Assembly: GCA_963746605.1 (NCBI GenBank)
Contig: CAVVCH010000007.1
Span: 1,620 to 65,619, forward strand
Reading direction: 5' to 3'
DNA from: an uncultured delta proteobacterium
GTDB taxonomy: Bacteria > Desulfobacterota > RBG-13-43-22
Length of the DNA: 64,000 nt
How positions within the stretch are numbered: position 1 is the first letter of the stretch; the number at the start of each line of letters is the position of its first letter. Shown here piece by piece: positions 31,824 through 40,710 of this stretch. Position numbers and translations under genes: made by a program. Below the pieces are notes generated by a model that saw nothing but the letters and a program-made list of their open reading frames with translations, ran no database searches and was not told where the DNA came from.

Positions 31824-31881
31824 GTGTAACAGTCGTGCAGCGAATCCGCGTAAACTTGTGTCGCTGACGTTGGCGTTATAT
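31824..31881 (+). other. attC-like integron recombination site
   Basis: GTGTAAC...gcagcga...tcgctga...GTTATAT, 58 bp, imperfect palindrome, immediately upstream of a foreign-looking ORF. Confidence 0.55.
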
Positions 31882-31934
31882 GCTTTAAAATGTCAGAATG
31901 CCCGGGTAGGAGTACCACTTAGAGAGGCTTCGTA

Positions 31935-32321
31935 ATGCCGATTTCATGCATGCTTTGCGACAAAGAAGTGACAAACGGTGAGCGGGACTTCAGGCCTACC
32001 CGAACGCTATATATGTGCAGAAGGTGTGGGCTTATCCAGCTCGAGGAAGAAGCCGCAGATGACTTCGCGGGAGAGCGATATTCATCGAACGATAAAGCAG
32101 CCATCAGCATAACGCTTCGCAACGAGTGGGAGGGTGGGGGGAGGCCCTCCCGCGGGAATCAGAAACTGACGCTCGACGATCTCAACCGAATCGTTTCTCA
32201 ATTTCGACCTTTAGACCCTATCGAGAAGATGGATTACGCGTTGGTGAATATCGAGAAGGCATCCAGTTACGTCGGGCAAAGACTCAGCATAATGATCGAC
32301 TATGACTACCCCCTTTACTAA
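31935..32321 (+). pseudogene. Zn-finger N-terminal part of a cassette-type protein, apparently 3'-truncated
   Basis: CMLC...CRRCG, then PIEKMD...DYPLY and an abrupt stop. Confidence 0.45.
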
Positions 32322-32427
32322 GGAATTTGTCGAGACGGGCAAAGGCCGTCCGCATCCTTACGACATGCCGGTGGGCCTATGAAGTCCTTCTGAATCGGCA
32401 AGGTGATATGTTTTATCATGGGAGGTC

Positions 32428-32643
32428 ATGGTCAATACAATGCCGCCTGCGATCAAGGCAACAATCCTGGGCCACCCCGTCGTTTCGCTGCTCGTGATCT
32501 ACATTGATGTTATAGTCGGCCTGTCGGCTTCTATGAGTATTCAAGAAAAAATCCCTGGGAAGAATATAGATGAAAACCTTGTGATCCTTGCCGGTGTGGC
32601 GCCCTCGGAGCAGGTACTACATCTCTGCCTGGAAGTGGGATGA
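32428..32643 (+). CDS. Small hypothetical protein (duplicated)
   Basis: GGAGG RBS; ATGA overlap with next gene; frame conserved in both copies. Confidence 0.4.
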   Translation: MVNTMPPAIKATILGHPVVSLLVIYIDVIVGLSASMSIQEKIPGKNIDENLVILAGVAPSEQVLHLCLEVG

Positions 32644-33275
32644 CCTGGGTGAGGCCGCACATCTCTGGAATATCCCGGCGAAGGCTCGGTGACTTTCTCC
32701 TGTTCGGCGTCACGGCGGCGGAGCTAGTTCTCCTCTTTTTCCTGGCGCCCACCTTCACGGTCGCAGATTGGGTTTACGTCTCACAGCATCTCCTGGTTCT
32801 TGGGATTGCCCTCACGCGTCCCCCGCCTGAGGCGCAGGATCGCTCGTTCCTCTCCAGCACCGCCGTCGTCGTATCCTATGCCTACCCCTATGCCCAGGTG
32901 GCGTATCTCCGGTGGGTGCCCGGCAACCTTACGTGGCCCGAGGGTGGGCTGGTGCTTGTGACTCTCGCGGCGTTTCTAAGCTTCGCAAGCCTTCTCAGTC
33001 TGGGCAGATGGTTCGGGGTCTGGCCGGCCATGCGTGGTCTGGCAACGAGAGGTCCATACCGGCTCGTGCGCCATCCGATGTATCTGGCCTATGTGCTTTC
33101 GGACATCGGTTGCAACCTCCAGGAATGGAATTTCGGCACAGCGCTGCTGGTGATGGCGGGATGGGCATCCCTGTTCTACCGCATCCGTGCCGAAGAGCGG
33201 ATACTCTCTCAACATTCCGGATGGTCGACCTACGTTGCCTTGGTGCGCCAACGCCTCTTCCCCGGCCTCTGGTAG
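32640..33275 (+). CDS. Isoprenylcysteine carboxylmethyltransferase/PEMT family membrane protein
   Basis: LATRGPYRLVRHPMY, RIRAEERIL, RLFPGLW. Confidence 0.88.
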   Translation: MTWVRPHISGISRRRLGDFLLFGVTAAELVLLFFLAPTFTVADWVYVSQHLLVLGIALTRPPPEAQDRSFLSSTAVVVSYAYPYAQVAYLRWVPGNLTWPEGGLVLVTLAAFLSFASLLSLGRWFGVWPAMRGLATRGPYRLVRHPMYLAYVLSDIGCNLQEWNFGTALLVMAGWASLFYRIRAEERILSQHSGWSTYVALVRQRLFPGLW

Positions 33276-33404
33276 GCTGGGTAGTGGAAACGGGGTCAAA
33301 TCTTTATTTTGTAAATGGGGTCACTTCTTTATTGTTGATAATATCGATCTCAGAGGCAATTCCCAGACTATCTGGCAAGGGAAACTGATCTTAGTTCTGA
33401 AATA

Positions 33405-33433
33405 AGGGGGGTCGGACCTGGTCCGACCCCCCA
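33405..33433. terminator. GC hairpin between convergent genes
   Basis: ggggggtcggacc/ggtccgacccccc. Confidence 0.55.
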
Positions 33434-33513
33434 TATTCTTTATACCATCTGGTGATTCGACATGGAGAAACACATAACGACCGGGTGCACCGGGTCGGTG
33501 AGAAAGGGCGCGT

Positions 33514-35163
33514 TTACGTTCCCAGACAGGCCGCCAAGTCTTGTTCCACGGTGGTGATCGGCTTGATGTCGAAATTCTCTACCAGAAGTTTGAGAACGTT
33601 CGGTGTCACGAAATCGGGCAGACTCGGTCCCAGGCGAATTCCCTTGATCCCCAAATGAAAGAGCGTCAAGAGGATCGCCACAGCCTTTTGCTCGTACCAG
33701 GACAGGATCAGGGACAGCGGAAGATCGTTGACCCCCACCCCGAGAGCCTCCGCCAGGGCCGTGGCGATGACGATGGCCGAGTAAGCGTCGTTGCACTGTC
33801 CAACGTCGAGCAGCCGAGGCACGCCGTCAATCGCCCCAAGGTCCTTCTCGAAGAACCGAAACTTGCCGCAGGCCAGCGTGAGGATGACCGTGTCATCGGG
33901 GGCCTTTTCGACGAACTCCGTGTAGTAGTTGCGGCCGGGTTTGGCGCCATCGCAACCACCCACGAGGAAGAAGTGACGGATTTTTCCGGCCTTGGCGTAG
34001 TCAACAACGGTGTCCAGGACACGTCCCATGGGGTGGTCCCTGAGCACCGTGTTCCTCGCGTAACCCACCCAGACCGATCCGCGATCTTCTTCCGTCGGGA
34101 AGCCCTGCATTTCTAGAGCCTTGTCGACCACCTTCGCGAAATCGCCGTTTGGCACATGGCTGACCCCCGGCCAACCTACAAGGCCGGTGGTGAAGATTCT
34201 GTCCCGGTAGGAATCTCGAGGCTTCTGAAGGCAGTTCGTGGTCATCAGGATGGCTCCCGGAAACTGCTCGAACTCCTCTTTCTGGTTTTGCCAAGCGGTT
34301 CCGTAGTGGCCAAAAAAGTGCTTGTACGACTTCAGGGCCGGGTAACCGTGGGCCGGCAGCATCTCTCCATGGGTGTAGACCGATACTCCCCGACCTTCAG
34401 TCTGTTTCAGCAGGTCCTCGAGGTCTTTGAGATCGTGACCGGAGACGAGAATGGCCTTCCCGGCAACATGCCCGAGCGGAACCGGGGTAGGTTGGGGATG
34501 ACCGAAGCGGCCGGTGTTTCCCGCGTCGAGCAATTCCATGGCCCGGAGGTTGGCCTTTCCCGTGTCCAGTGCCGAGGCGACCCAGTCCTGCAAATCCATC
34601 TTCCGGTCCAAAAACCGGGTCAAAAGCCCCTGCACCGACGCATAAACCGCGTCGTCCTCCTCGCCGAGGATGGCTGCGTGGTCAGCGTAGGCGGCTACCC
34701 CGCGAATGCCGTAAAGAACGGTCTCCTGGAGACTTTGGATGTCGGGGTCCGCGCCCCGATCGATGGGAAGTCCCACTTCCTCTCCCTGTGCTACAAGTCC
34801 TTCCAAGGTTTGGGCTGGGTGGAACTCCGCCGCGGGATCTTCGAACCGGGTGGGTCCGCCGGCAGCAACAACCGCCTGCTTCAGGGCTTCACGTTTCTTT
34901 ACCGTCTCCCGGATCAGATCTGCCAAACGAGGCGGGTCGAAGTCCACGTTCGTCAGGGTGGCAAACAGGGCCTTGACGGTAAAGCGGTTGACCTCTTGAT
35001 CGACCACGCCAACGCTCCGACCGGCCACGGCAAATTGACTCAATCCCCTCACCGCGTAGGTCAGGAGATCCTGGAGCGCCGCAACTTGTGGGCTTTTACC
35101 GCAGACGCCTTGTTTGGTGCATCCGGTGCCTGGGACCGTCTGCTCACATTGATGACAAAACAT
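33514..35163 (-). CDS. hcp: Hybrid cluster protein (hydroxylamine reductase)
   Basis: MFCHQCEQT...GCTKQGVCGK, SGHDL, THGEMLPAH, TTNC, GGCDG, ACGK, GQCND, SWYEQK. Confidence 0.97.
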   Translation of the reverse strand: MFCHQCEQTVPGTGCTKQGVCGKSPQVAALQDLLTYAVRGLSQFAVAGRSVGVVDQEVNRFTVKALFATLTNVDFDPPRLADLIRETVKKREALKQAVVAAGGPTRFEDPAAEFHPAQTLEGLVAQGEEVGLPIDRGADPDIQSLQETVLYGIRGVAAYADHAAILGEEDDAVYASVQGLLTRFLDRKMDLQDWVASALDTGKANLRAMELLDAGNTGRFGHPQPTPVPLGHVAGKAILVSGHDLKDLEDLLKQTEGRGVSVYTHGEMLPAHGYPALKSYKHFFGHYGTAWQNQKEEFEQFPGAILMTTNCLQKPRDSYRDRIFTTGLVGWPGVSHVPNGDFAKVVDKALEMQGFPTEEDRGSVWVGYARNTVLRDHPMGRVLDTVVDYAKAGKIRHFFLVGGCDGAKPGRNYYTEFVEKAPDDTVILTLACGKFRFFEKDLGAIDGVPRLLDVGQCNDAYSAIVIATALAEALGVGVNDLPLSLILSWYEQKAVAILLTLFHLGIKGIRLGPSLPDFVTPNVLKLLVENFDIKPITTVEQDLAACLGT

Positions 35164-35249
35164 GGGTTCTCTCCTGTCCGTAAAAGTGGCTTTACCATCG
35201 TTGGAGATGGCTGAAGTTTCTATTTTAGGAACCTTGCCGGTTTGTTTCC

Positions 35250-35263
35250 ATGACTTAAGTCAA
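35250..35263 (-). promoter_or_regulatory. Crp/Fnr-type (HcpR-like) palindrome upstream of hcp
   Basis: TTGAC-TTAA-GTCAT on the minus strand; perfect core TGACTTAAGTCA about 88 bp upstream of the hcp start. Confidence 0.55.
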
Positions 35264-35272
35264 GTCCCACGT

Positions 35273-35374
35273 CCGCAGCCGGCTCATGCCGGTCAACCGA
35301 CGTTACCCGCTCCGGGATGTGATCGAATCCTGCCGTTCCTATCCTTGCCGCGCAGTGAGCGGATTACCCTCGAA
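35273..35374 (+). pseudogene. Degenerate internal fragment of rlmN
   Basis: cgcagccggctcatgccggtcaaccgacgttacccgctccggga...agcggattaccctcgaa aligns to 31320-31422. Confidence 0.85.
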
Positions 35375-35535
35375 CAACACCACAATAAGAGAATGTAGCA
35401 GATGTCCTACAACCGCCGCTAGATTTCGTGGCCATTGACGCCGCCAGCGGCTTCGCCCCTAGTATAAATAGACCTATCTCTTGACGACACGCTATCTTGA
35501 TAGTACCATTAAAAGTGTCATAGGAGGTACATCCA

Positions 35536-35817
35536 ATGCCAAAGACACCAAAGATTATCCCAATTTCCGACCTGAGGCAAAATGCCAGTAATGTGGTAAA
35601 AGGCATTTCTGCCTCCAAGCAACCGGTGTTCATTACCCAACGAGGACGAGCGGCCGCGGTCATGGTGAGCATGCAGGCCTATGAAGAGTCGCAGCACGAA
35701 CTTGATATCCTTAGACTGCTGGCCCGCGGCGAAAAGGAAATGGAGGCGGGCGCGGGCTACGAACTTGACGAGGTACTGAAGGAAGCCGACCGTTTTCTTG
35801 AGAGCGCAAAACATTGA
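35536..35817 (+). CDS. Phd/YefM family antitoxin
   Basis: IIPISDLR...PVFITQRGRAAAVMVS; GGAGG RBS. Confidence 0.9.
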   Translation: MPKTPKIIPISDLRQNASNVVKGISASKQPVFITQRGRAAAVMVSMQAYEESQHELDILRLLARGEKEMEAGAGYELDEVLKEADRFLESAKH

Positions 35818-35940
35818 AAGTACGGTTTACCCCTGCAGGTCGCCAACAGTTCCTCGAAGGTGAAAGATCAAACGGTATGGATTATTGCCGCTTGGCATAA
35901 CGCACAATTGCCAGAGAACCCTGAAAGTGAAAACGGGTAA
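35814..35940 (+). pseudogene. RelE/ParE toxin with large internal deletion
   Basis: TTGA overlap; MKVRFTPAGRQQFLE joined out of frame to VKDQTVWIIAAWHNAQLPENP; only 127 bp. Confidence 0.75.
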
Positions 35941-35975
35941 ACGATTCGCTGGGAGCGGGGGATGCAAGTGAAAAC

Positions 35976-36038
35976 GGGTAACGAGTCGTTGGAGCCAATC
36001 GCCGAAAAAGCTGGCTCTGGCTCAACTCCGTGTTGGCG
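35976..36038 (+). other. attC-like site closing the TA cassette
   Basis: GGGTAACgagtcgttggagcca...tggctcaactccgtGTTGGCG, 63 bp; left half partly duplicated at ~35925-35957. Confidence 0.7.
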
Positions 36039-36119
36039 CCACCGTAGCGGTACCAACCAGACCATTGGAGACCGAGTGTTACATCGGCTCAAACACAGTA
36101 ACAAGTGGTAATGAGCTGA

Positions 36120-37004
36120 AAGGTGATATGTTTTATCATAGGAGATTATGGTCAATAAAATGCCGCCTGCGATCAATGCGACAATCCTGAGCCACCCCGT
36201 CGTTTCGCTGCTCTTGATCTACATTGATGTTGTAGTCGGCCCGTCGGCGTCTATGAGTATTCGAGAAAAAATCCCTGGGAAGAATATAGATGAAAACCTT
36301 GTGATCCTTGCCGGTGTGGCGCCCCCGGAGCAGGTACTACATCTCTGCCTGGAAGGGGGATGACCTGGGTGAGGCCGCACATCTCTGGAATATCCCGGCG
36401 AAGGCTCGGTGACTTTCTCCTGTTCGGCGTCACGGCGGCGGAGTTAGTTCTCCTCTTTTTCCTGGCGCCCACCTTCACGGTCGCAGATTGGGTTTACGTC
36501 TCACAGCATCTCCTGGTTCTTGGGATTGCCCTCACGCGTCTCCCGCCTGAGGCGCAGGATCGCTCGTTCCTCTCCAGCACCGCCGTCGTCGTATCCTATG
36601 CCTACCCCTATGCCCAGGTGGCGTATCTCCGGTGGGTGCCCGGCAACCTTACGTGGCCCGAGGGTGGGCTGGTGCTTGTGACTCTCGCGGCGTTTCTGAG
36701 CTTCGCAAGCCTTCTCAGTCTGGGCAGATGGTTCGGGGTCTGGCCGGCCAGGCGTGGTCTGGCAACGAGAGGTCCATACCGGCTCGTGCGCCATCCGATG
36801 TATCTGGCCTATGTGCTTTCGGACATTGGTTGCAACCTCCAGGAATGGAATTTCGGCACAGCGCTGCTGGTGATGGCGGGATGGGCATCCCTGTTCTACC
36901 GCATCCGTGCCGAAGAGCGGATACTCTCTCAAGATTCCGGATGGTCGACCTACGTTGCCTTGGTGCGCCAACGCCTCTTCCCCGGCCTCTGGTAGGCTGG
37001 GTAG
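36120..37004 (+). repeat. 885-bp direct repeat, copy 2
   Basis: Matches 32400-33284. Confidence 0.95.
36360..36995 (+). CDS. Isoprenylcysteine carboxylmethyltransferase/PEMT family protein, second copy
   Basis: Same 211-aa protein as 32640-33275 with three substitutions seen (P/L, M/R, H/D). Confidence 0.88.
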   Translation: MTWVRPHISGISRRRLGDFLLFGVTAAELVLLFFLAPTFTVADWVYVSQHLLVLGIALTRLPPEAQDRSFLSSTAVVVSYAYPYAQVAYLRWVPGNLTWPEGGLVLVTLAAFLSFASLLSLGRWFGVWPARRGLATRGPYRLVRHPMYLAYVLSDIGCNLQEWNFGTALLVMAGWASLFYRIRAEERILSQDSGWSTYVALVRQRLFPGLW

Positions 37005-37051
37005 AGGCCCGGTCTGACAATCGGTCAGAAAACTTAATTTTGCTGAAAAGG

Positions 37052-37540
37052 TCATATAGATTTAATCCATTCGGTTATCGCCTTCTTTTTCTCCTCTGAA
37101 AAATCGTTGTGTACCTGATCATACAACCAGCGTAGAGACGTGCTTCTTAACCTATTCCGAAACAGCTCCTCTGCTTCCTGGATAACCACTTTTATCAGAC
37201 AGGGACATTTATCTGTAAACACAGACGGATCATCCACAAAAATATTCTTCTTCCGAATTTCAGCACATTGAAAAAAGAACGAAGGCCCCTCAATAGCCTC
37301 AATTATATCCCAAAAGGAAACATCTTCAGATCGTCTTGCCAATTCGTACCCACCTTTAACGCCGGTAATGGATCGGACAATCCCTGCCTTTCGCAGCTTC
37401 GCGAAAACCTTTGAAAGGTAACTCTCTGTAATGCCGTTTAATTCTGCTATTTGCCTGATTCCAACCGTTTTGCGTTCAGGAATATCCACCATGTAAAATA
37501 ATGAATGAAACGCATATTCTACCCCAATACTAAATTGCAT
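37052..37540 (-). CDS. Rrf2 family transcriptional regulator
   Basis: VEYAFHSL, SYLSKVF..L, GVKGGYELAR, IIEAIEG, FQCAEIR. Confidence 0.92.
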   Translation of the reverse strand: MQFSIGVEYAFHSLFYMVDIPERKTVGIRQIAELNGITESYLSKVFAKLRKAGIVRSITGVKGGYELARRSEDVSFWDIIEAIEGPSFFFQCAEIRKKNIFVDDPSVFTDKCPCLIKVVIQEAEELFRNRLRSTSLRWLYDQVHNDFSEEKKKAITEWIKSI

Positions 37541-37632
37541 TTTTTACCTCACTTTTGTGTTCATAAGGCCATTAATTACCTCATTAGTGAAAGTTTGTCT
37601 TGACTTTTCTATAGGCCATGACCATAATAGCC

Positions 37633-37657
37633 ATTATGGATACATTATATCCATAAT
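37633..37657. promoter_or_regulatory. Probable Rrf2 operator
   Basis: Perfect inverted repeat ATTATGGATA-N5-TATCCATAAT in the divergent intergenic region. Confidence 0.65.
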
Positions 37658-37682
37658 AAAAAAAATGAAAAGGAGAATAAAC

Positions 37683-38054
37683 ATGTTCGATGACAGGTTT
37701 CGGGAAGTTATTAGTAAAGAGGGTATTGTTTCTATTGTATCATGTTCTGATGGTGAAGCCCATGTGGTAAATACCTGGAATAGCTACCTCGTAATACCAG
37801 ACGATGGAAGGCTCTTCATTCCCGCTTGGAAAATGAGAAAAACTGAAGGGAAAACGCTGAAGAATAACAAAGTGTTGCTCACTATCGGGACCAAGGAAGT
37901 GGACGGTCGCATGGGCCCCGGTACAGGATACCTTCTTGAAGGCACAGCAAGATTCATAAAGTCGGGGTCTGAATTTGATATGATGAAAAGCAAATTCTCA
38001 TTTCTGACTCGAGTACTTGAAGTCACTGTTACATCGATGATACAGACGCTTTAA
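37683..38054 (+). CDS. Pyridoxamine 5'-phosphate oxidase-like FMN-binding protein
   Basis: HVVNTWNSY, GPGTGYLLEGTA, RVLEVTV; resembles Desulfovibrio FMN-binding protein; AGGAG RBS. Confidence 0.85.
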   Translation: MFDDRFREVISKEGIVSIVSCSDGEAHVVNTWNSYLVIPDDGRLFIPAWKMRKTEGKTLKNNKVLLTIGTKEVDGRMGPGTGYLLEGTARFIKSGSEFDMMKSKFSFLTRVLEVTVTSMIQTL

Positions 38055-38310
38055 AGTGGAGCGTTGGACGGACGGGGGACATCCACGGGGCCTTGAGGGA
38101 CGCCCATCGAATTATCACTTTCCCTTTGAGAGGCTTGCTATCAGTCCTATTTCATAATTCAATCGGCGTCCCTCTCAATCGTCCCGACCTCAATCTGTCT
38201 ATTATCGTTCGGTACTATGGTTCCCGTGTATCTTGGAAAGAAGAACCGCCGTGTGTAGAAAGGCAGGGCCAGACATTGGCTCAGACCGTGAAAATTGACC
38301 AAAAAGAATT

Positions 38311-38373
38311 GCATAACCAACCGGCTGGCAATGGATCGCCGAAAGAGCCGGCTCACACTGGGCCGCGTTCGAG
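38311..38373 (+). other. Degenerate attC-like site
   Basis: GCATAAC...atcgccgaaagagccggctc...GTTCGAG; core nearly identical to atcgccgaaaaagctggctc in the 35976 site. Confidence 0.5.
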
Positions 38374-38397
38374 GCAATAGTCAAGTTGCAGGCTTGT

Positions 38398-39283
38398 TCA
38401 CTGGTCGGCACCCTTGCTCTTTGATTTCGCACCGCCGTAGTCATAGACTCCTTTGCCGCTTTTTCGCCCTAAATGCCCGGCTTTAACCAGCTTCACCAGC
38501 ATGGTCGCCGGACGGTATTTATCTCCCAGTTCACGATGGAACGTGTTCATACAGGCCAGCAGTATATCCAGCCCGAAGGCATCGGCGGCGGCCAAGGGGC
38601 CCAGGGGGAACCCCAGTCCCCTGGTGCAGCTTCGGTCGATCTCCTCGGGGCTGGCCAGGTTTGTCTCTAAGGCGCAGAAGGCTTCGTTGACCATCGGAAG
38701 GTAGAGGCGATTGATGACGAACCCCGGTGAATCGGCGACGGTGACCGTTTCTTTGCCGCAACTTCCCAGGAAGTCGATCACCTTCCGGTGCGTGTCATCG
38801 GAGGTGTCGATTCCCCGCACTACCTCAACCAGCGGGGTGAGGGCGGCAGGGATCAAAAAGTGGGTGCCGATGCATAGGGCGGGGCGTGAGGTGGCAGAGG
38901 CGATTTCCGTGATCCACAAGGTGGATGTGTTGCTGGCCAGGATGGCTTCCTTGGGGCTTAGATCGTCCAGGTCCTTTAAAAATCTGCTTTTTTATTTGGA
39001 TGTCTTCATAGACCGCCTCGATGATAAGGTCGGCTTCGGCAACCGCTTCGCCCAGGTCCGCCCCCATCCTCAGGCGCCCCAGCGCCTCATTGACCTTTTC
39101 CTGGATAGCCTTGCCCTTCTTTACCCGCTGCGCCAGGAATCCTTCGATGTTTCTTCTTCCTTTATCCACGTTCTCCCGGGTTACGTCGTGCAAGTACGTT
39201 TGGAAACCTCCCAACGCGCAGACTATGCCGATCTGGCTGCCCATGGTTCCCATGCCCACCACTGAAACGTTTTGTATTGACAT
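38398..39283 (-). CDS. 3-hydroxyacyl-CoA (3-hydroxybutyryl-CoA) dehydrogenase; +1 frameshift ~38980
   Basis: VVGMGTMG, IIEAVYE, LASNTST, GTHFLIP, DSPGFVINR, PLGPL, GHLGRKSGKG. Confidence 0.9.
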
Positions 39284-39585
39284 TGGATGAATCCCCTCTT
39301 TTGTTGCGAGTAAAAAATCAACGAAATAAGACTGTTTGGGCGCACAAACTATTTTAAGGCCTTACGGATTTTTGGTGTATCAGCTCGTGCAATTCAATGG
39401 CCCGCGAGAGAAGGGCTTTGGCCGAGGCGAGACCGGCTTGATCTTCCTGCACCCCAATACGAATAGAACGTTCAAACGTGCCTTCACCGTGGATACTGGC
39501 CACGGCCGAGGCACCCATGGGGCTGATAGATGAATGAATGGTCGCGGGAATCATATCCAGGGTTATAAAGGCGTAAAGATCCGGA

Positions 39586-39996
39586 TTATCGCTCCAGCCT
39601 TGACAGAAAAGACTGCATGGTATTCCATTCCTGTGGGGTAAATCGGTTGAGGAACGCTCGATTGGTTTCTTCAAAAAGCCCCAGAAGGGACGCTTTTCGC
39701 TCTCTGGCCGAAAGCGTCAGATAGATGCGCAGCGAGCGACGGTCCCTGTTGTCCGGCTTCCTTTCAATCCATCCATCTTTTTCCAAACGGTCCAAGAGCC
39801 CGGTAATGGTCGCTCGATCCTGGAAGGTTTTCTCCGCCAGTTCACTGGGCAACAATCCCTCCTCTTCCATAATGGCAACTACCAAAAAGAACTGACCGTG
39901 GGTAAGCCCGAGAGAGGCAATCTCCTCACGGTAGGCCCTTGTTACGTTCCTTACGGTTTTGCCCAATTGAAAGCAGATGCAGTCTTTAAACGGCAT
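39586..39996 (-). CDS. MarR family transcriptional regulator
   Basis: GLTHGQF, DRATITGLLDRLE, DRRSLRIYLT. Confidence 0.92.
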   Translation of the reverse strand: MPFKDCICFQLGKTVRNVTRAYREEIASLGLTHGQFFLVVAIMEEEGLLPSELAEKTFQDRATITGLLDRLEKDGWIERKPDNRDRRSLRIYLTLSARERKASLLGLFEETNRAFLNRFTPQEWNTMQSFLSRLER

Positions 39997-40275
39997 CACA
40001 TCTCCCTTTTCCCCGTAAAACAAACACGGCTCATATGATTAACATACAAATAGTTAAAACACAAACTAAATAGGCCTTATTCCGCCGGACAGGCCATGGC
40101 ACTCTCAGGCGTGAGGTGAAAAATCTGAGTGCATCTGTCCGGAGAACGATTATTGGGCGCGTGACGCAACGTGCCTGGATTGGGAAATGTATTTCGATCA
40201 AAAAGAATCCTATTTACAAGTTCCATAAAAAGTCCTATAATCTATGTAACTAATTAGGGCCATAGGAAGTGATCC

Positions 40276-40653
40276 ATGAAAGTAAAGGCGCATCTGGTTC
40301 TCCCGAAAGAAATCCTGGAAGAGGTCGATCAAATTGCCGGGAAAAGGGGCCGGAGCCTCTTCATCGCCGAGGCGGCCCTCGAAAAATTAGAGCGCGAGCG
40401 TTTCCTGAAAATATTAGAGGAAACGCGGGGGGCCTGGGACGACAAACGGCACCCGGATCTCCGGAGTTCCCGGGACATGGAAGCTTACTTGGGTAAGCAA
40501 AGGGATTCCTTGCAAAAGCGGCGGGAGCGCCTGGAGGGGCAGGGAAAGGATGACGGATTCGCCAGAAGTCCGTCAACAGCCCGAGCGCGAATAAGCGCTG
40601 GGGTGGGGGTGGGACCATTTGAATTCACTTCAAATGGCGGGGAGTCCGCCTAA
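40276..40653 (+). CDS. Ribbon-helix-helix (VapB-like) antitoxin; C-terminus read into a MITE
   Basis: HLVLPKEILEEVD...RSLFIAEA; last ~33 aa are encoded by MITE DNA. Confidence 0.75.
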   Translation: MKVKAHLVLPKEILEEVDQIAGKRGRSLFIAEAALEKLERERFLKILEETRGAWDDKRHPDLRSSRDMEAYLGKQRDSLQKRRERLEGQGKDDGFARSPSTARARISAGVGVGPFEFTSNGGESA

Positions 40654-40707
40654 GGCGGGATCACCCGCCGAGCAGAAAGTCGTTTTTTGACTTTTGCGAG
40701 GTTATCA
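40551..40707. mobile_element. MITE family A, copy 2
   Basis: TIRs as copy 1; perfect 4-bp AGGA target duplication (40547-40550 and 40708-40711). Confidence 0.85.
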
Positions 40708-40710
40708 AGG

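Larger units (their letters stand above)
32400..33284 (+). repeat. 885-bp direct repeat, copy 1
   Basis: Colinear with 36120-37004 at constant offset 3720; scattered substitutions only. Confidence 0.95.

Noticed and set aside
39330-40070. MarR operator (CACAAACTA at ~39342 and ~40060)
   Set aside because: The half-site recurs but palindrome spacing differs between the two sites; too weak to call.
31800-40200. Complete integron or prophage
   Set aside because: No integrase, attI or phage structural genes seen.
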